DNA of 64,000 nucleotides from Alphaproteobacteria bacterium (GTDB lineage: Bacteria > Pseudomonadota > Alphaproteobacteria > SPJN01). The notes under the pieces are model-generated. The model saw only the letters and a program-made list of their open reading frames with translations, was not told the origin of the DNA and searched no databases. This document shows, piece after piece, positions 19,628-29,447 of this stretch. Position numbers and translations under genes: made by a program. Location of the stretch: the NCBI GenBank assembly GCA_965229935.1, contig CBDDKB010000002.1, positions 130,178 through 194,177 of the forward strand, in the 5' to 3' direction. The first letter of the stretch is position 1; every line of letters starts with the position of its first letter.

Positions 19628-20737
19628 TTGGGGTTGAAAATGGCTGATGCAGATTGGGGACGGATGATGCGTCCTTTGTATGGACGTAAACTGGCGATGG
19701 ATGGTGAGAAGCAACGCCGTAAAAGCTTTGCAGGTTTTGACCTGCCTAGTACATCGTTCGATTGGGATGACGACCAAATTCATGCTTACAAAGGCGCGCG
19801 CGATGGGCTGGGCATGGATGCGCTTAAGGCAGAGCAATATGTGAACACCCACACACCACCGTCCAAACCATCAGGGCAAGCCAATCTATTTTATAAGCCT
19901 GACGCCCCTACGGCATTTGAGCAGGATCTGTATCAAAAACTGAAAGATCGGCCTAAACCCGCCGGGATGAAACCTGATGATGGCCCGCCTGTTCAGTTTG
20001 CCTCCCAATCCGGTCATGTCTTGGGCGATGGTGAGGCCCGCAAGCCGCGCCCTGCCACGCCTGCAATCAGTCCCCTGTTCAAGCAGACAGCGCAACTGGG
20101 TAAGCAGGTTCACAATCAGGAACAGTCACGCAAGATCACCGAACGAAATGGCTATCGGGGCGGCGCGAGGATCGATGAGGAAAAACCAACAAAGCCTGTG
20201 CAGGAGCCAGTTCAAGAAAAACGTCCCTATAGCGAAATCCGAACTGACCCTATTACCAAAAAGCGGATCGTGACTGCGAAGTTCGGTGACAATACATTTG
20301 AATTCAACAAAGTCTTCACTGCAGACGAGATCACTGGCGGTATAGCAAGCATCAAGGCCAAGCTGCGCTCAAATCCCCATGCAATGGGGATGGAGCGAAT
20401 TGAGGGTGTGTCCGGTGAATATTACATCAACCCTGATGACCGGCCGGAGGGCTATAGGGCCGCACGGGACAAGGCGACGAGCGTCAGATTCGCGAAGGAT
20501 GTGAACACCGCGGCGACATATGGATCTTTGGTTTTTCCGGCGCTGGGGACTGTCGGGACCGCAACAGCAGGCTATACATATATTATGGAGCCTACGAAAG
20601 AAAATGCCGAAAATCTATTGCTCTCCGGATTTGGAAATAAGGTCTTCCCAAGGCGGTGGTTTAGTGAGGACAATGCTGAACGCGGCTCGGCGGCTTTGCA
20701 AATAGTCAAAGACGAATATGATAAAAGGAAAAAGTAA
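19628..20737 (+). CDS. Hypothetical protein: disordered N-terminal two-thirds plus C-terminal roughly 150-aa domain of unknown function
   Basis: 369-aa ORF (alternative start MADADW at 19640). No signal peptide or TM. GC drops to about 45% over the C-terminal 250 nt. Confidence 0.5.
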   Translation: MGLKMADADWGRMMRPLYGRKLAMDGEKQRRKSFAGFDLPSTSFDWDDDQIHAYKGARDGLGMDALKAEQYVNTHTPPSKPSGQANLFYKPDAPTAFEQDLYQKLKDRPKPAGMKPDDGPPVQFASQSGHVLGDGEARKPRPATPAISPLFKQTAQLGKQVHNQEQSRKITERNGYRGGARIDEEKPTKPVQEPVQEKRPYSEIRTDPITKKRIVTAKFGDNTFEFNKVFTADEITGGIASIKAKLRSNPHAMGMERIEGVSGEYYINPDDRPEGYRAARDKATSVRFAKDVNTAATYGSLVFPALGTVGTATAGYTYIMEPTKENAENLLLSGFGNKVFPRRWFSEDNAERGSAALQIVKDEYDKRKK

Positions 20738-21016
20738 TTGATCCGTTGGAAGATTTTATACGTCGCCGTCATGGTTGGCTTGGTAATATATGGTGAAACC
20801 AATTGTTTGGACTGTACCCCGAACGAGCGGTGGGTTTATTTGTTCGGATATCTAATAGGGAGCGCAAATCTTTGGTTTGTGTTCTTTGGGAAAAAGGTTC
20901 CGATAGGAATTTGGGTTTCTCGTGAAAACAAGTGGGCGCTTGGGTGGTCGGCATTTCTGGGGATTGCCACAATTGCTGCGTCATTAAGTTGGATGATGAA
21001 CGGAAAATTATTCTAG
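20738..21016 (+). CDS. Small 3-TM membrane protein (start uncertain; track start is TTG)
   Basis: Three hydrophobic helices. Motif YLIGSANLW is shared with the third small protein. About 40% GC. Confidence 0.4.
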   Translation: MIRWKILYVAVMVGLVIYGETNCLDCTPNERWVYLFGYLIGSANLWFVFFGKKVPIGIWVSRENKWALGWSAFLGIATIAASLSWMMNGKLF

Positions 21017-21080
21017 CTGCTTTCTTGATTTTTTTTGCTGGCCTAATGCTATAAAAAGTTCAAAAAATAAACTGTGGGGA

Positions 21081-21329
21081 ATGGCCTATTTGGCGTTTAT
21101 GTCGACCGTTTTGCTGGTCGTTCAGGTTGCAATTTTCGATGAGATTAATAAGCAACAGCTCGTTTATGCCGCGATCTATATTCTAAGTATGTTTTACTTC
21201 GGCAGTGCCTTTTTTGCGAAAGAACCACATGTGCCATATGCTGGACCTTTTTCTAGGCCTTATGATACCTTTGTCGCGATCACACTAGGATTGCTGGGTA
21301 TGATTTTTTCGTTGAATGAGATGATCTGA
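21081..21329 (+). CDS. Small 3-TM membrane protein
   Basis: ATG at 21081 after TGGGGA. 82 aa, three helices. About 43% GC. Confidence 0.4.
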   Translation: MAYLAFMSTVLLVVQVAIFDEINKQQLVYAAIYILSMFYFGSAFFAKEPHVPYAGPFSRPYDTFVAITLGLLGMIFSLNEMI

Positions 21330-21628
21330 TGCAGCGTAAGGTTGTGCGCACAGAATCGAAAATATCGATGGCATTCGTGTTGGTTGGCGTGTTCCTATTC
21401 GGTCAATTTTGGGCTGGCCAATCCTATGAATGGCATGAGCTGTTGTGGATGCTTTTAATTTATCTGATTGGGGCAGTGGAAATTTGGATGTCTTGCTTCA
21501 CAGAAACGAGATTGCTGACTAGCGCCAACGGGCGCGATGATTGGTACACAATTACAGCAGAATTTGTGATGGGTAGCATTTTGGTTGGCGGTTATGTGCT
21601 GTTTACAGTTTTTGACGACTTACTGTGA
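21329..21628 (+). CDS. Small 3-TM membrane protein
   Basis: ATG overlaps the previous stop (TGATG). 99 aa, three helices. Motif YLIGAVEIW. Confidence 0.4.
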   Translation: MQRKVVRTESKISMAFVLVGVFLFGQFWAGQSYEWHELLWMLLIYLIGAVEIWMSCFTETRLLTSANGRDDWYTITAEFVMGSILVGGYVLFTVFDDLL

Positions 21629-21669
21629 TCGTCGTCGGCCTAACCACTCATGTTTTCCGACACAAACAA

Positions 21670-21700
21670 AAAGGCCGACTGCATCAGCAATCGGCCTTTC
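21670..21700. terminator. Bidirectional terminator (9-bp stem aaaggccga/tcggccttt, 12-nt loop) between the islet and trxA
   Basis: A-run on one side and T-rich tract on the other, so it can serve both convergent transcripts. Confidence 0.6.
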
Positions 21701-21721
21701 GTCATTTAAGCTGTAAGAGGC

Positions 21722-22042
21722 TTAAAGCGAGTCATTGATCCAGTCTGTGATTTTGCCCTTGGGCATGGCACCGACCTTTGTTGCATAAACCTCGCCATCC
21801 TTGAAAATCATCATGGTCGGGATGCCGCGCACGCCATATTTTGTCGGCGTGTTGGGGTTATCGTCGATATTGATTTTGGCAATCGTAACTTTTTCGCCCA
21901 TTTCGTCGGACAATTCTTCCAATGCAGGGGCGATCTGTTTGCACGGGCCGCACCATTCGGCCCAAAAATCCACAAGAACGGGGCCATCGGCCTTTAGTAC
22001 GGCGGCGTCGAAATCTGCATCGGTGACGGGTTTGGTAGCCAT
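21722..22042 (-). CDS. trxA: Thioredoxin
   Basis: WCGPCK active site. Start [11 protein letters not shown] with AAGGAT SD; the track ORF is extended upstream to an alternative start. Confidence 0.9.
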   Translation of the reverse strand: MATKPVTDADFDAAVLKADGPVLVDFWAEWCGPCKQIAPALEELSDEMGEKVTIAKINIDDNPNTPTKYGVRGIPTMMIFKDGEVYATKVGAMPKGKITDWINDSL

Positions 22043-22129
22043 GTCAAAATCCTTATTGGGGGCGGATGACCTGAATTGGTCGTGTATCACTTCGTTAAAA
22101 TGTAGGTACGCGGTCCGCCATCGTCAAGG

Positions 22130-25100
22130 TCAGGCAGATAAGCCCGTGATTTTTTTGGCAGCTTGGTCAAGCTGTGCGCTCCCCAATTCGATCAGGGCGC
22201 ACGAATCAGTGAATAGGAGCGCGGCGCGCACGGTGTGATTGGGGTAAATCCGCCCCAACAGTGCGCGGTAGGACGCCATTTGCACGACATAGGCGGGGGC
22301 CACATCTGCTGCCTTTTTGGGCGGTGGCTGGTTGGTTTTATAGTCGATGATCAAGACCTCGTCATCCGTGACGGCAAGCCGGTCTATCTGGCCTGACAGG
22401 GCAAGGCTGTTTCCCGCAGCCCCGACCAGCCCGGTCACCGGAACTTCGGCCATTGAGCCTTCGGCAAATAACGGTGCGAAATCAGGATTCTCGAGCACAG
22501 CCATAATCTCGTCCGTCCAGCGGGTGATCGTCTCCTCAGTCAAAGCATGCGCGGGCTGGGACAGGATGCGCCTAGCAGCCCCGCGCCGCGCCTTGGGGGC
22601 AATATCGGGCAGCACTTCCAACAATAAATGCAGCAATGTTCCGCGTTTGAGGGGGGAGGGGGCGTCCCCCTCCCACTCAGGAGCGCTGGCAAGGGGGGAG
22701 TTTGCGGTTGCAGCTTTATCCGCCCCCTCATATGGCAAAAGGGCAGAGGGGGCGAGCGGCCGCACATCAGGCCGTTCGGGCTTCGCCGCACCCAACGCCC
22801 AATGGGGTAGGGGCGCAGGCGTCATCGCAGCTTTGCGTGGTTGTGAGGACTTGTCTTGGTCAGCAGGGGCCGGGCTGTCAGTGTCCACCTCGTCCCGATT
22901 GATCAGCCGTTCAGCCTCCCCCTCCAAAAAGGGGAATGGTTCAACCGCATCCGCCTCTGGCATTTCCAGATAATCCTGCCACTTTTGTTCGCGGCTGGTT
23001 TGCTTGCCTTTGTAGGCACAGAGGTAAAGCTCATCCTCCGCCCGTGTCAGGCCGACATATAACAGGCGGCGATATTCCGCGCGTTCATTTTCTAGATAAT
23101 GGTCGGCTGCCTTGCGGGTGATGGGATCGCTCTCCGCCTCATTCTTGCGCCACACAGGTGGCGTCAGGTCTGAAGTGTCGATAATAGGCAGCAGCGCCGG
23201 AAGCTTTTGTTTTAACGGCGGGCTCATCAAATCGGGCATGATCACAATCGGCGCCTCAAGCCCTTTTGCGCCATGAACCGTCATGATGCGCACGGCATCG
23301 TCTGATTTTTCCATATCGCGCTTTAGCTCAGACCGATCCTGCCGCATGGCATGAAGGAAGCTTTGCAGTGAGGCGGTGCGTCCCCGCTCAAAATTCATGG
23401 TGCGGGCAAAGAATTCGTTGATGGGGTCGGTGGCTTGCGGTCCCAACCGTCCCAGCAGCCGTTTGCGCCCATCCCTTTGTTCCAGCACAAGGGCGTAAAA
23501 ATCAAACGGGCGCAATTTGGCAGCCGCTGGGATTAGCGGCGCCAGCCAGTCGCGCGCCATGGCCTCAATCGAACCGGGGCTATTGTCTGCAACCTCGTTC
23601 AGCTTGGTCCACAAATCACCCTTGCGGTGGTGGGCCAGCGCGAATAGTTGTTCTTCGGTTAGCCCACAAAACGGCCCCTTTAACAAAGTGGCAAGGCTTA
23701 AATCGTCGTGCGGAAACAGGGCCCAGTCGCCCAACGCCATTAAATCCATAATGGCGATCTGATCATTCAGCACCATGCGGTCTGCCCCCGCAACGGGGAT
23801 AGCGCGAGATTTTAGGGCACGGACAAGCGCATCAAGCTTTGCCCCGCGTGACCGCAACAGAATCAGCACATCGCCGGGACGGACTGGACGATCCTGCCCC
23901 GCAAGCTTGCGGCCCGTATCGAACCAATGACGCAGCTCAACTGCAATACGCGTTGCCAACAGGTTAAGCGGGCTGTCCGGGCGTGGTGCATCAACCGGGG
24001 TCTGCCACGGGTGCACATCTTCTTGTTCCGGCGGTTCAATGATGGGCCATCGCACCACAAGGCCCGGTGCCTGTTGGCGATAGGCAATATGGGCCGGGGC
24101 CGTGTCTGCTGCGGCAAGACCCTTGCGCGCAATATCATTGGCAAACACTGAATCAACAAAGCGCAACACAGCAGGGGTTGAGCGGAAAGACACTTCAAGT
24201 TCGATATCGCGCCATGCTTGATCAAGCGCCCGCAGCGTTTCGCCGAACCTGTCAGCCATGCGGGCAAAGCCTGTCGGGTCGGCACCCTGAAAGCTGTAAA
24301 TGGATTGCTTTTCATCACCAACGGCAAAGATTGTCCGGGCAAGACCGTCTTTATCAGCAGCAGACCCGCTGCCGTCCCCAGCAAAAAACTCTGCCGACAG
24401 CGCCTCAATAATGGCCCATTGGTCCGGGCTGGTGTCCTGTGCCTCATCCACCAGAATATGATCAATCCCCTGATCAAGTTTGTAGAGGACCCAGCCAGCC
24501 CCGCCATCCCCTTCTAAAAGGGCGCGGGTTTTCAAAATCAGGTCAGCATAATCAAGCGCGCCCCGTTCAGCCTTGGCTTTGGCATAGGCAGACAGAATAT
24601 GATCAATCACGATTAACAGCGCCGCAGTGCGCCGCCTTGTGCCATAGGATTTTTGCAGATCAAGCAGACGCACAGCTTCGGCCATAGCCTCAACAAGAAC
24701 AGCTTTGCCGGTTTCGTCAGGATCGCTTGATTTTGTGATCAGCGAACCTTCTTTCAGGGGTGCCCCTGCGCTGGTCAAAAAGCCGTCGCAAAAAAGGGCA
24801 AGATTGTCCGCCGATTGATCTTCGCAATAGGGCAGCCATTTGGCGGCACGTTGCTGGTCTCGTTTGCTTCCTTCGGTTGCCATGCGCGCGACGACAGGCC
24901 TGATGGCGTTCAGATCGAAGGCGGGGGCAAGCTGGTTCAGTGTGGGCAGGGCAAACGGATCATCATCTGGGTTGAGCGCAAGACTGTTAGACAGGGCGCT
25001 GATTGTCCCGTCAGGTCCATTCAGATGGTCAAACAGGCGATTGAACAGCCCGGCCTGATTGAGCGCTTCGTTCAACAGCTTGGCAAAGCCGTGTTCGCCC

Positions 25101-25687
25101 GCCTCGTCAATCGTGATCTGGACTGCCTGACCCAATAGATCAGTGTCCTGTGCGGCATCGGCGGCAAAGACAGTCGCGAGCAAATCATCCTGCGCCTCTA
25201 GCTTCAGCTCCGACGCGTCCTGATCTTCGATAACGCTGAAATTGGCAGGCACGCCCGCCTCGACCGAAAATCGTTCAAGCACTGCTTGGCAAAAGCCATG
25301 AATGGTTTGAATTTTAAGCCCGCCGGGTGTTTCAAGCGCAACAGCAAACAGCGCGCGGGCGCGGGACAGATGCTGTGGCTTGGGCGCGGTGCCGGTCAGG
25401 TCGGTCAGCGCGGCTTTGAGCGCATCGTCATCGCAACCGGCCCATTGACCCATCACAAGTTGAAGGCGCTCCTTCATCTCGGCAGCGGCGGCCTTGGTAA
25501 AGGTAAGGGCAAGGATTTGTGCGGGCGGCACCCCTTCAAGCAAAAGGCGCAACAGACGGTCAACCAGAACGCGCGTCTTGCCAGAGCCTGCATTGGCACG
25601 CACCCATGCTGACGCAGCAGGGTCAGCGGCTGCAATCTGCTTTTGACGAACCGCGTGGCTGAGTGTTTCTGCGTTGGTCATGCTCAT
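22130..25687 (-). CDS. addA: Double-strand break repair helicase AddA (UvrD-like helicase plus C-terminal PD-(D/E)xK nuclease)
   Basis: ANAGSGKTRVL Walker A; 1186 aa. ATG at 25687 overlaps the addB stop (ATGA). Confidence 0.9.
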   Translation of the reverse strand: MSMTNAETLSHAVRQKQIAAADPAASAWVRANAGSGKTRVLVDRLLRLLLEGVPPAQILALTFTKAAAAEMKERLQLVMGQWAGCDDDALKAALTDLTGTAPKPQHLSRARALFAVALETPGGLKIQTIHGFCQAVLERFSVEAGVPANFSVIEDQDASELKLEAQDDLLATVFAADAAQDTDLLGQAVQITIDEAGEHGFAKLLNEALNQAGLFNRLFDHLNGPDGTISALSNSLALNPDDDPFALPTLNQLAPAFDLNAIRPVVARMATEGSKRDQQRAAKWLPYCEDQSADNLALFCDGFLTSAGAPLKEGSLITKSSDPDETGKAVLVEAMAEAVRLLDLQKSYGTRRRTAALLIVIDHILSAYAKAKAERGALDYADLILKTRALLEGDGGAGWVLYKLDQGIDHILVDEAQDTSPDQWAIIEALSAEFFAGDGSGSAADKDGLARTIFAVGDEKQSIYSFQGADPTGFARMADRFGETLRALDQAWRDIELEVSFRSTPAVLRFVDSVFANDIARKGLAAADTAPAHIAYRQQAPGLVVRWPIIEPPEQEDVHPWQTPVDAPRPDSPLNLLATRIAVELRHWFDTGRKLAGQDRPVRPGDVLILLRSRGAKLDALVRALKSRAIPVAGADRMVLNDQIAIMDLMALGDWALFPHDDLSLATLLKGPFCGLTEEQLFALAHHRKGDLWTKLNEVADNSPGSIEAMARDWLAPLIPAAAKLRPFDFYALVLEQRDGRKRLLGRLGPQATDPINEFFARTMNFERGRTASLQSFLHAMRQDRSELKRDMEKSDDAVRIMTVHGAKGLEAPIVIMPDLMSPPLKQKLPALLPIIDTSDLTPPVWRKNEAESDPITRKAADHYLENERAEYRRLLYVGLTRAEDELYLCAYKGKQTSREQKWQDYLEMPEADAVEPFPFLEGEAERLINRDEVDTDSPAPADQDKSSQPRKAAMTPAPLPHWALGAAKPERPDVRPLAPSALLPYEGADKAATANSPLASAPEWEGDAPSPLKRGTLLHLLLEVLPDIAPKARRGAARRILSQPAHALTEETITRWTDEIMAVLENPDFAPLFAEGSMAEVPVTGLVGAAGNSLALSGQIDRLAVTDDEVLIIDYKTNQPPPKKAADVAPAYVVQMASYRALLGRIYPNHTVRAALLFTDSCALIELGSAQLDQAAKKITGLSA

Positions 25688-28600
25688 CCGTCGGCCCCTC
25701 CATCCTCGCCGCCGACCAGTGACCATTCGGGCACGCGGGCCAGATGGTCATAGTCGCTATAGTCGGACATGCGGTGGGGGTAGGGGCGTGCGATATAGGG
25801 CTCCCATTCATTGCGATAGCGGTTCAACATGCTGTGCAGGTTCTTTTCAACCTCATCCAGCAGATCGGCAAGGGCGATGTCCTTGGGAACCTCTGTGATT
25901 TTACATTTTTCGGGTCGCGTGCCGAATTGCCAATAAGACAGGCTGCTGACGTCCCGAGGCTCAAGCGCGACGGACTTGTCATCATTGTGAAATGCCCCTT
26001 GGCGCAGCATGATCGCCTCCAGCGGCAATTGGGAGGCAAAGCCCACCTCGACCTGACTGGCGGTTGGTGCTTGGCCAGTTTTATAGTCAATGATCGCATA
26101 GCTATTGTCGCGCTTCAGGTCGATGCGATCGGCCCGGCCTGTTAGGGTAAACAGGCTTTTGTCGTCAAGGGTCAGCGTCAACTCGCCGATAAATTCGGCA
26201 TAGGACTTATGCACGGCACTTTGCTGATCATAGGCCGTCTGAATGACGAAATCTGCCATTGCTTCATAGCGAGGCCACCAAAAGGCGCGAATGCCGGGCA
26301 AAGCCAATCGTTCGCCAAAGCGTTCCCGCGCAATCTCATCCAGCATCGCGCGCGCGTCATTAGGATTGGATGGTATGCCATCGGCGCAGGCGATGGTGAA
26401 CCCTTCCATTATATCATGCAGGATCGTGCCCCGTTCTGCGGCATCGGCATCCTGTTCAATATCATCCAGTTTTTTAAGCTTTAGGATATGGCGCGCATAT
26501 ATGTCGTAAGGGTTGCGCAACAGGGTTTCGATCTGCGTGACGGACAGTCTTTGCGGACGCGCCTCAGCAGGGGGGCAGGGCATGGGCCGCCCGGTTTCAT
26601 GCTTTACCCCGTCTGTGTGATCAAGCGCATCTGCCCAATCAAGAAGTTCATCACGCATAATGTCGGCTAGCTGACGGTCCGTTGCCGTCAACAGGGTTTC
26701 AAGACGACTGACAAAGCGGCTGGGGGCAACTGGCGCCCCATCGCGTTTTTTGGACCATGTTAAAAGGACAGCCTTCCCCGATGCGGCCTGAACAAAGTCA
26801 TGGGCTGACAGACCCGTTTGCCGTTCAGGTTGCGGCAGACCAAAGGCGCGCCGCATGGGACGGCTTAACCATGGGTCGCTCGCCGCCTGCCGGGGCCAGA
26901 CACCTTCATTCAGTCCGGCCAGAATGGTCAGGTCGGCCTGTTGCAAACGCGCTTCAAGCGGGCCCAGAATTTGCAGCCTTGGATGGGCGCGCCTGCGGGG
27001 GCGGATTGCCTGCCCCGCAAGACAGGACCGTAGCACACCCGGCAGGCCAGATAGGGGCAGGGTGCCAAGCGCGCCCAATTCCTCAATCATAAGCGTCAGG
27101 GTTTGGGTCAGCGCTTCGCCATCCTCGTCCATCCACAGGATCGGCTCGTCACTGTCGCGGGTCAGCGCCTCTGCACTGGTGATAAGAGCGCGCAGCATGT
27201 CGGGCACTGATTGGCGGTCCGCCGCCAGCAGGGGCGCCAGCATGTCATCAAGATCAGCCAAAAGGGCCTGTGCCTTGGCCGTGCGGTCTATGCCAACATG
27301 ATCCAGCAGGCTACGCAGGCTTTGCGTTCCTGCAGCGGGTTTTGGGCCACGTAATGCAAACTGTTCCAATTGTTGGACCGCGCGCGGATCAGCAGCGCGG
27401 GTCAGAGGATGCTTTAACAGCGCTAACAAGGGAATGGGGGCAAAGCCGCTGGCGGCAAGGTCCGCAACCATCATCAGGAAACGCGCCCTGTCAGTTTCGG
27501 TCAGCGGCACACCTGCGGAATCATCAATGTCGATATCCCACCGCCCCAATTCAGCAGCAACCCGCCGCGCCAATTGGCGGTCAGGGGTGATGAGTGTTGC
27601 TGTGTTGCCGGGGATTTCCAAAACCTCTCGCATCGCAAGGGCGATGGCCAAAGCTTCGCTTTGCTGATCGGGTGCTTCAAGGCAGGACAGGCCATCAAGC
27701 GCCTGATCCAATTGGGAGGCAAGGTTGCTTGCCTCCCGCCGCCATTGATGGGCGGTTTCCGCGGGCCTCATCGCTGCCCGCCAAAAGGGCAGGCGCGCCC
27801 GGTTTTCGATCCGTCCCCAGGGCCAATGGGTGACGTCTTGTCGTGACAGGTTGAGTTCACTTAAGAGATGCCGCAGACCAAATTGCGGGTGCGCCTCGCT
27901 CAACCCCTCCCAACTTTCCTCATCAAGTCCAAGGTCAAGCCCCGGCAAAATGACAAAACCTTCTGGTAGTGCCGCAACGGTTTTTAACAAGGCGGCAGTT
28001 GCTGGGACTGACCCGGTTGAGCCTGCGGCGATCACCGGGCCTTTGGGGGGCGTACGCTCCCACTGGTCTGCGAGCGCGCGGATCAGGGCATCGCGTCTTG
28101 TGCCGGCGTCGATGGCCTCGCGCGCGGCAAGCATGGCGGGCCACGCGTCGCGCACAATATTCAGAAATCCCATGACCGACTGCCAGTGGCTGGCAAAGCG
28201 TTCATCATCAACCAGATTTGGCAGGGCTGACAGGTCGGCATTTTCCATAGCGACTAAATCAAGAAAGCGGCCAAGCGCAGCGGCAAGATCAAGGCAAAGG
28301 GGCAGGGCGGGGTCATCGCCCTGTGCCTCAAACCACGCCTTGATCAGTTGGGCAAGATTGGCCTGCCGATCAAGCGCGCTGATGGCAGGCGGTAGTTCAA
28401 GCCCGTGGGCACCGTCGGGGTCGCCTGCGCTGCCAATGATCATGTCCTCGTCATTGACGTCACCAAAGGGGCGCATATGGGGCAGGATCAGGGGCGTGCC
28501 GTCGGCAATGCGCAAGAACGCATCGCGCATGGTGCGCACGGCGCGGCGGGTCGGCAGCAACAGTGTAACCCTGCTCATCGCCAGGGGGTCGTCATCGGTG

Positions 28601-28707
28601 TGGTATAGCGCCAGCAAGCCTTCTGCCAGCGCGCCGGCGAAATCAACACCGGCAGAGATCGTCATAACTGACGACAGGTCTGCCTTGTCTTTTCTGCCTA
28701 CGCTCAT
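25684..28707 (-). CDS. addB: Double-strand break repair protein AddB
   Basis: About 1000 aa, lies upstream of addA. C-terminal nuclease-like region. ATG at 28707 overlaps the murU-like stop (ATGA). Confidence 0.85.
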   Translation of the reverse strand: MSVGRKDKADLSSVMTISAGVDFAGALAEGLLALYHTDDDPLAMSRVTLLLPTRRAVRTMRDAFLRIADGTPLILPHMRPFGDVNDEDMIIGSAGDPDGAHGLELPPAISALDRQANLAQLIKAWFEAQGDDPALPLCLDLAAALGRFLDLVAMENADLSALPNLVDDERFASHWQSVMGFLNIVRDAWPAMLAAREAIDAGTRRDALIRALADQWERTPPKGPVIAAGSTGSVPATAALLKTVAALPEGFVILPGLDLGLDEESWEGLSEAHPQFGLRHLLSELNLSRQDVTHWPWGRIENRARLPFWRAAMRPAETAHQWRREASNLASQLDQALDGLSCLEAPDQQSEALAIALAMREVLEIPGNTATLITPDRQLARRVAAELGRWDIDIDDSAGVPLTETDRARFLMMVADLAASGFAPIPLLALLKHPLTRAADPRAVQQLEQFALRGPKPAAGTQSLRSLLDHVGIDRTAKAQALLADLDDMLAPLLAADRQSVPDMLRALITSAEALTRDSDEPILWMDEDGEALTQTLTLMIEELGALGTLPLSGLPGVLRSCLAGQAIRPRRRAHPRLQILGPLEARLQQADLTILAGLNEGVWPRQAASDPWLSRPMRRAFGLPQPERQTGLSAHDFVQAASGKAVLLTWSKKRDGAPVAPSRFVSRLETLLTATDRQLADIMRDELLDWADALDHTDGVKHETGRPMPCPPAEARPQRLSVTQIETLLRNPYDIYARHILKLKKLDDIEQDADAAERGTILHDIMEGFTIACADGIPSNPNDARAMLDEIARERFGERLALPGIRAFWWPRYEAMADFVIQTAYDQQSAVHKSYAEFIGELTLTLDDKSLFTLTGRADRIDLKRDNSYAIIDYKTGQAPTASQVEVGFASQLPLEAIMLRQGAFHNDDKSVALEPRDVSSLSYWQFGTRPEKCKITEVPKDIALADLLDEVEKNLHSMLNRYRNEWEPYIARPYPHRMSDYSDYDHLARVPEWSLVGGEDGGADG

Positions 28708-29447
28708 GATCCCCCGATCACTTTGTCCGCGTCGTCGCGGCCCTGTGGTGTGCCGATATGATAGGTCGGCATTGTGGTGCCCAAGGCAAACAGTGTGCCT
28801 GCTTGCCGTGCATTGGTCCATGCCTGTTTCACGGAAAAGGGCGTGTCTTCTGTAAAGGGATCAAAGACCTTGCGGGCCAACACTTGCACTCCACAATAAT
28901 AATAGGGCGCAGATAGGGGCGGCGGGTCCTGTTCAGCCCTAAGGTCAGCAGGTTCAGGCGTGTCGGTTTGATTGATGAACAGGTCCCCCGGTCCGTCATA
29001 CCCGGTGGCCTGTGCAACCGGGGCACCCATCAACATGACGTCCATGCGCGCTGGATCAAACTTTTGCCACGCGCGTGAAATGATTTGTTCATCTGCCGCC
29101 CATAACAGATCGCCATTGACTGACATTACCGGGTCTTGTTCGTCAAAAAGCGGCAATGCCTTTTTTATGCCGCCACCGGAATCCAGCAATTGGTCCTGTT
29201 CATCTGAAAACAGGATATCGAGATCATAGGCATGTTGGGCCAGATGTTGGCGCAACATGTCAGCCTTGTAATGCAGATTGACGATGACCCGCTCCACCCC
29301 CTCAGCCTCCAGCAGACTAAGCGTATGATCAATCAGGGCGCGGCCTGCGACTGCAACCAACGGCTTGGGGCGATCATCGGTTAGTGGGCGCATCCTCGTG
29401 CCAAGCCCGGCGGCAAGGATCATCACTGTTTTGGGGCTGCCCTTCAT
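28704..29447 (-). CDS. murU: Nucleotidyltransferase, MurU-like (N-acetylmuramate-1-phosphate uridylyltransferase family)
   Basis: N-terminus MILAAGLGTRMRPLTDDRPKPLV (G-x-G-T-R-M nucleotide-binding loop). ATGA overlap with the upstream kinase gene. Confidence 0.7.
   Translation of the reverse strand: MKGSPKTVMILAAGLGTRMRPLTDDRPKPLVAVAGRALIDHTLSLLEAEGVERVIVNLHYKADMLRQHLAQHAYDLDILFSDEQDQLLDSGGGIKKALPLFDEQDPVMSVNGDLLWAADEQIISRAWQKFDPARMDVMLMGAPVAQATGYDGPGDLFINQTDTPEPADLRAEQDPPPLSAPYYYCGVQVLARKVFDPFTEDTPFSVKQAWTNARQAGTLFALGTTMPTYHIGTPQGRDDADKVIGGS

Noticed and set aside
22347-22973. Plus-strand ORFs inside addA/addB, such as 22347..22973 and 27830..28855 (341 aa)
   Set aside because: They are fully embedded antisense in long, well-supported helicase/nuclease genes. 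Their composition is typical of high-GC antisense frames.
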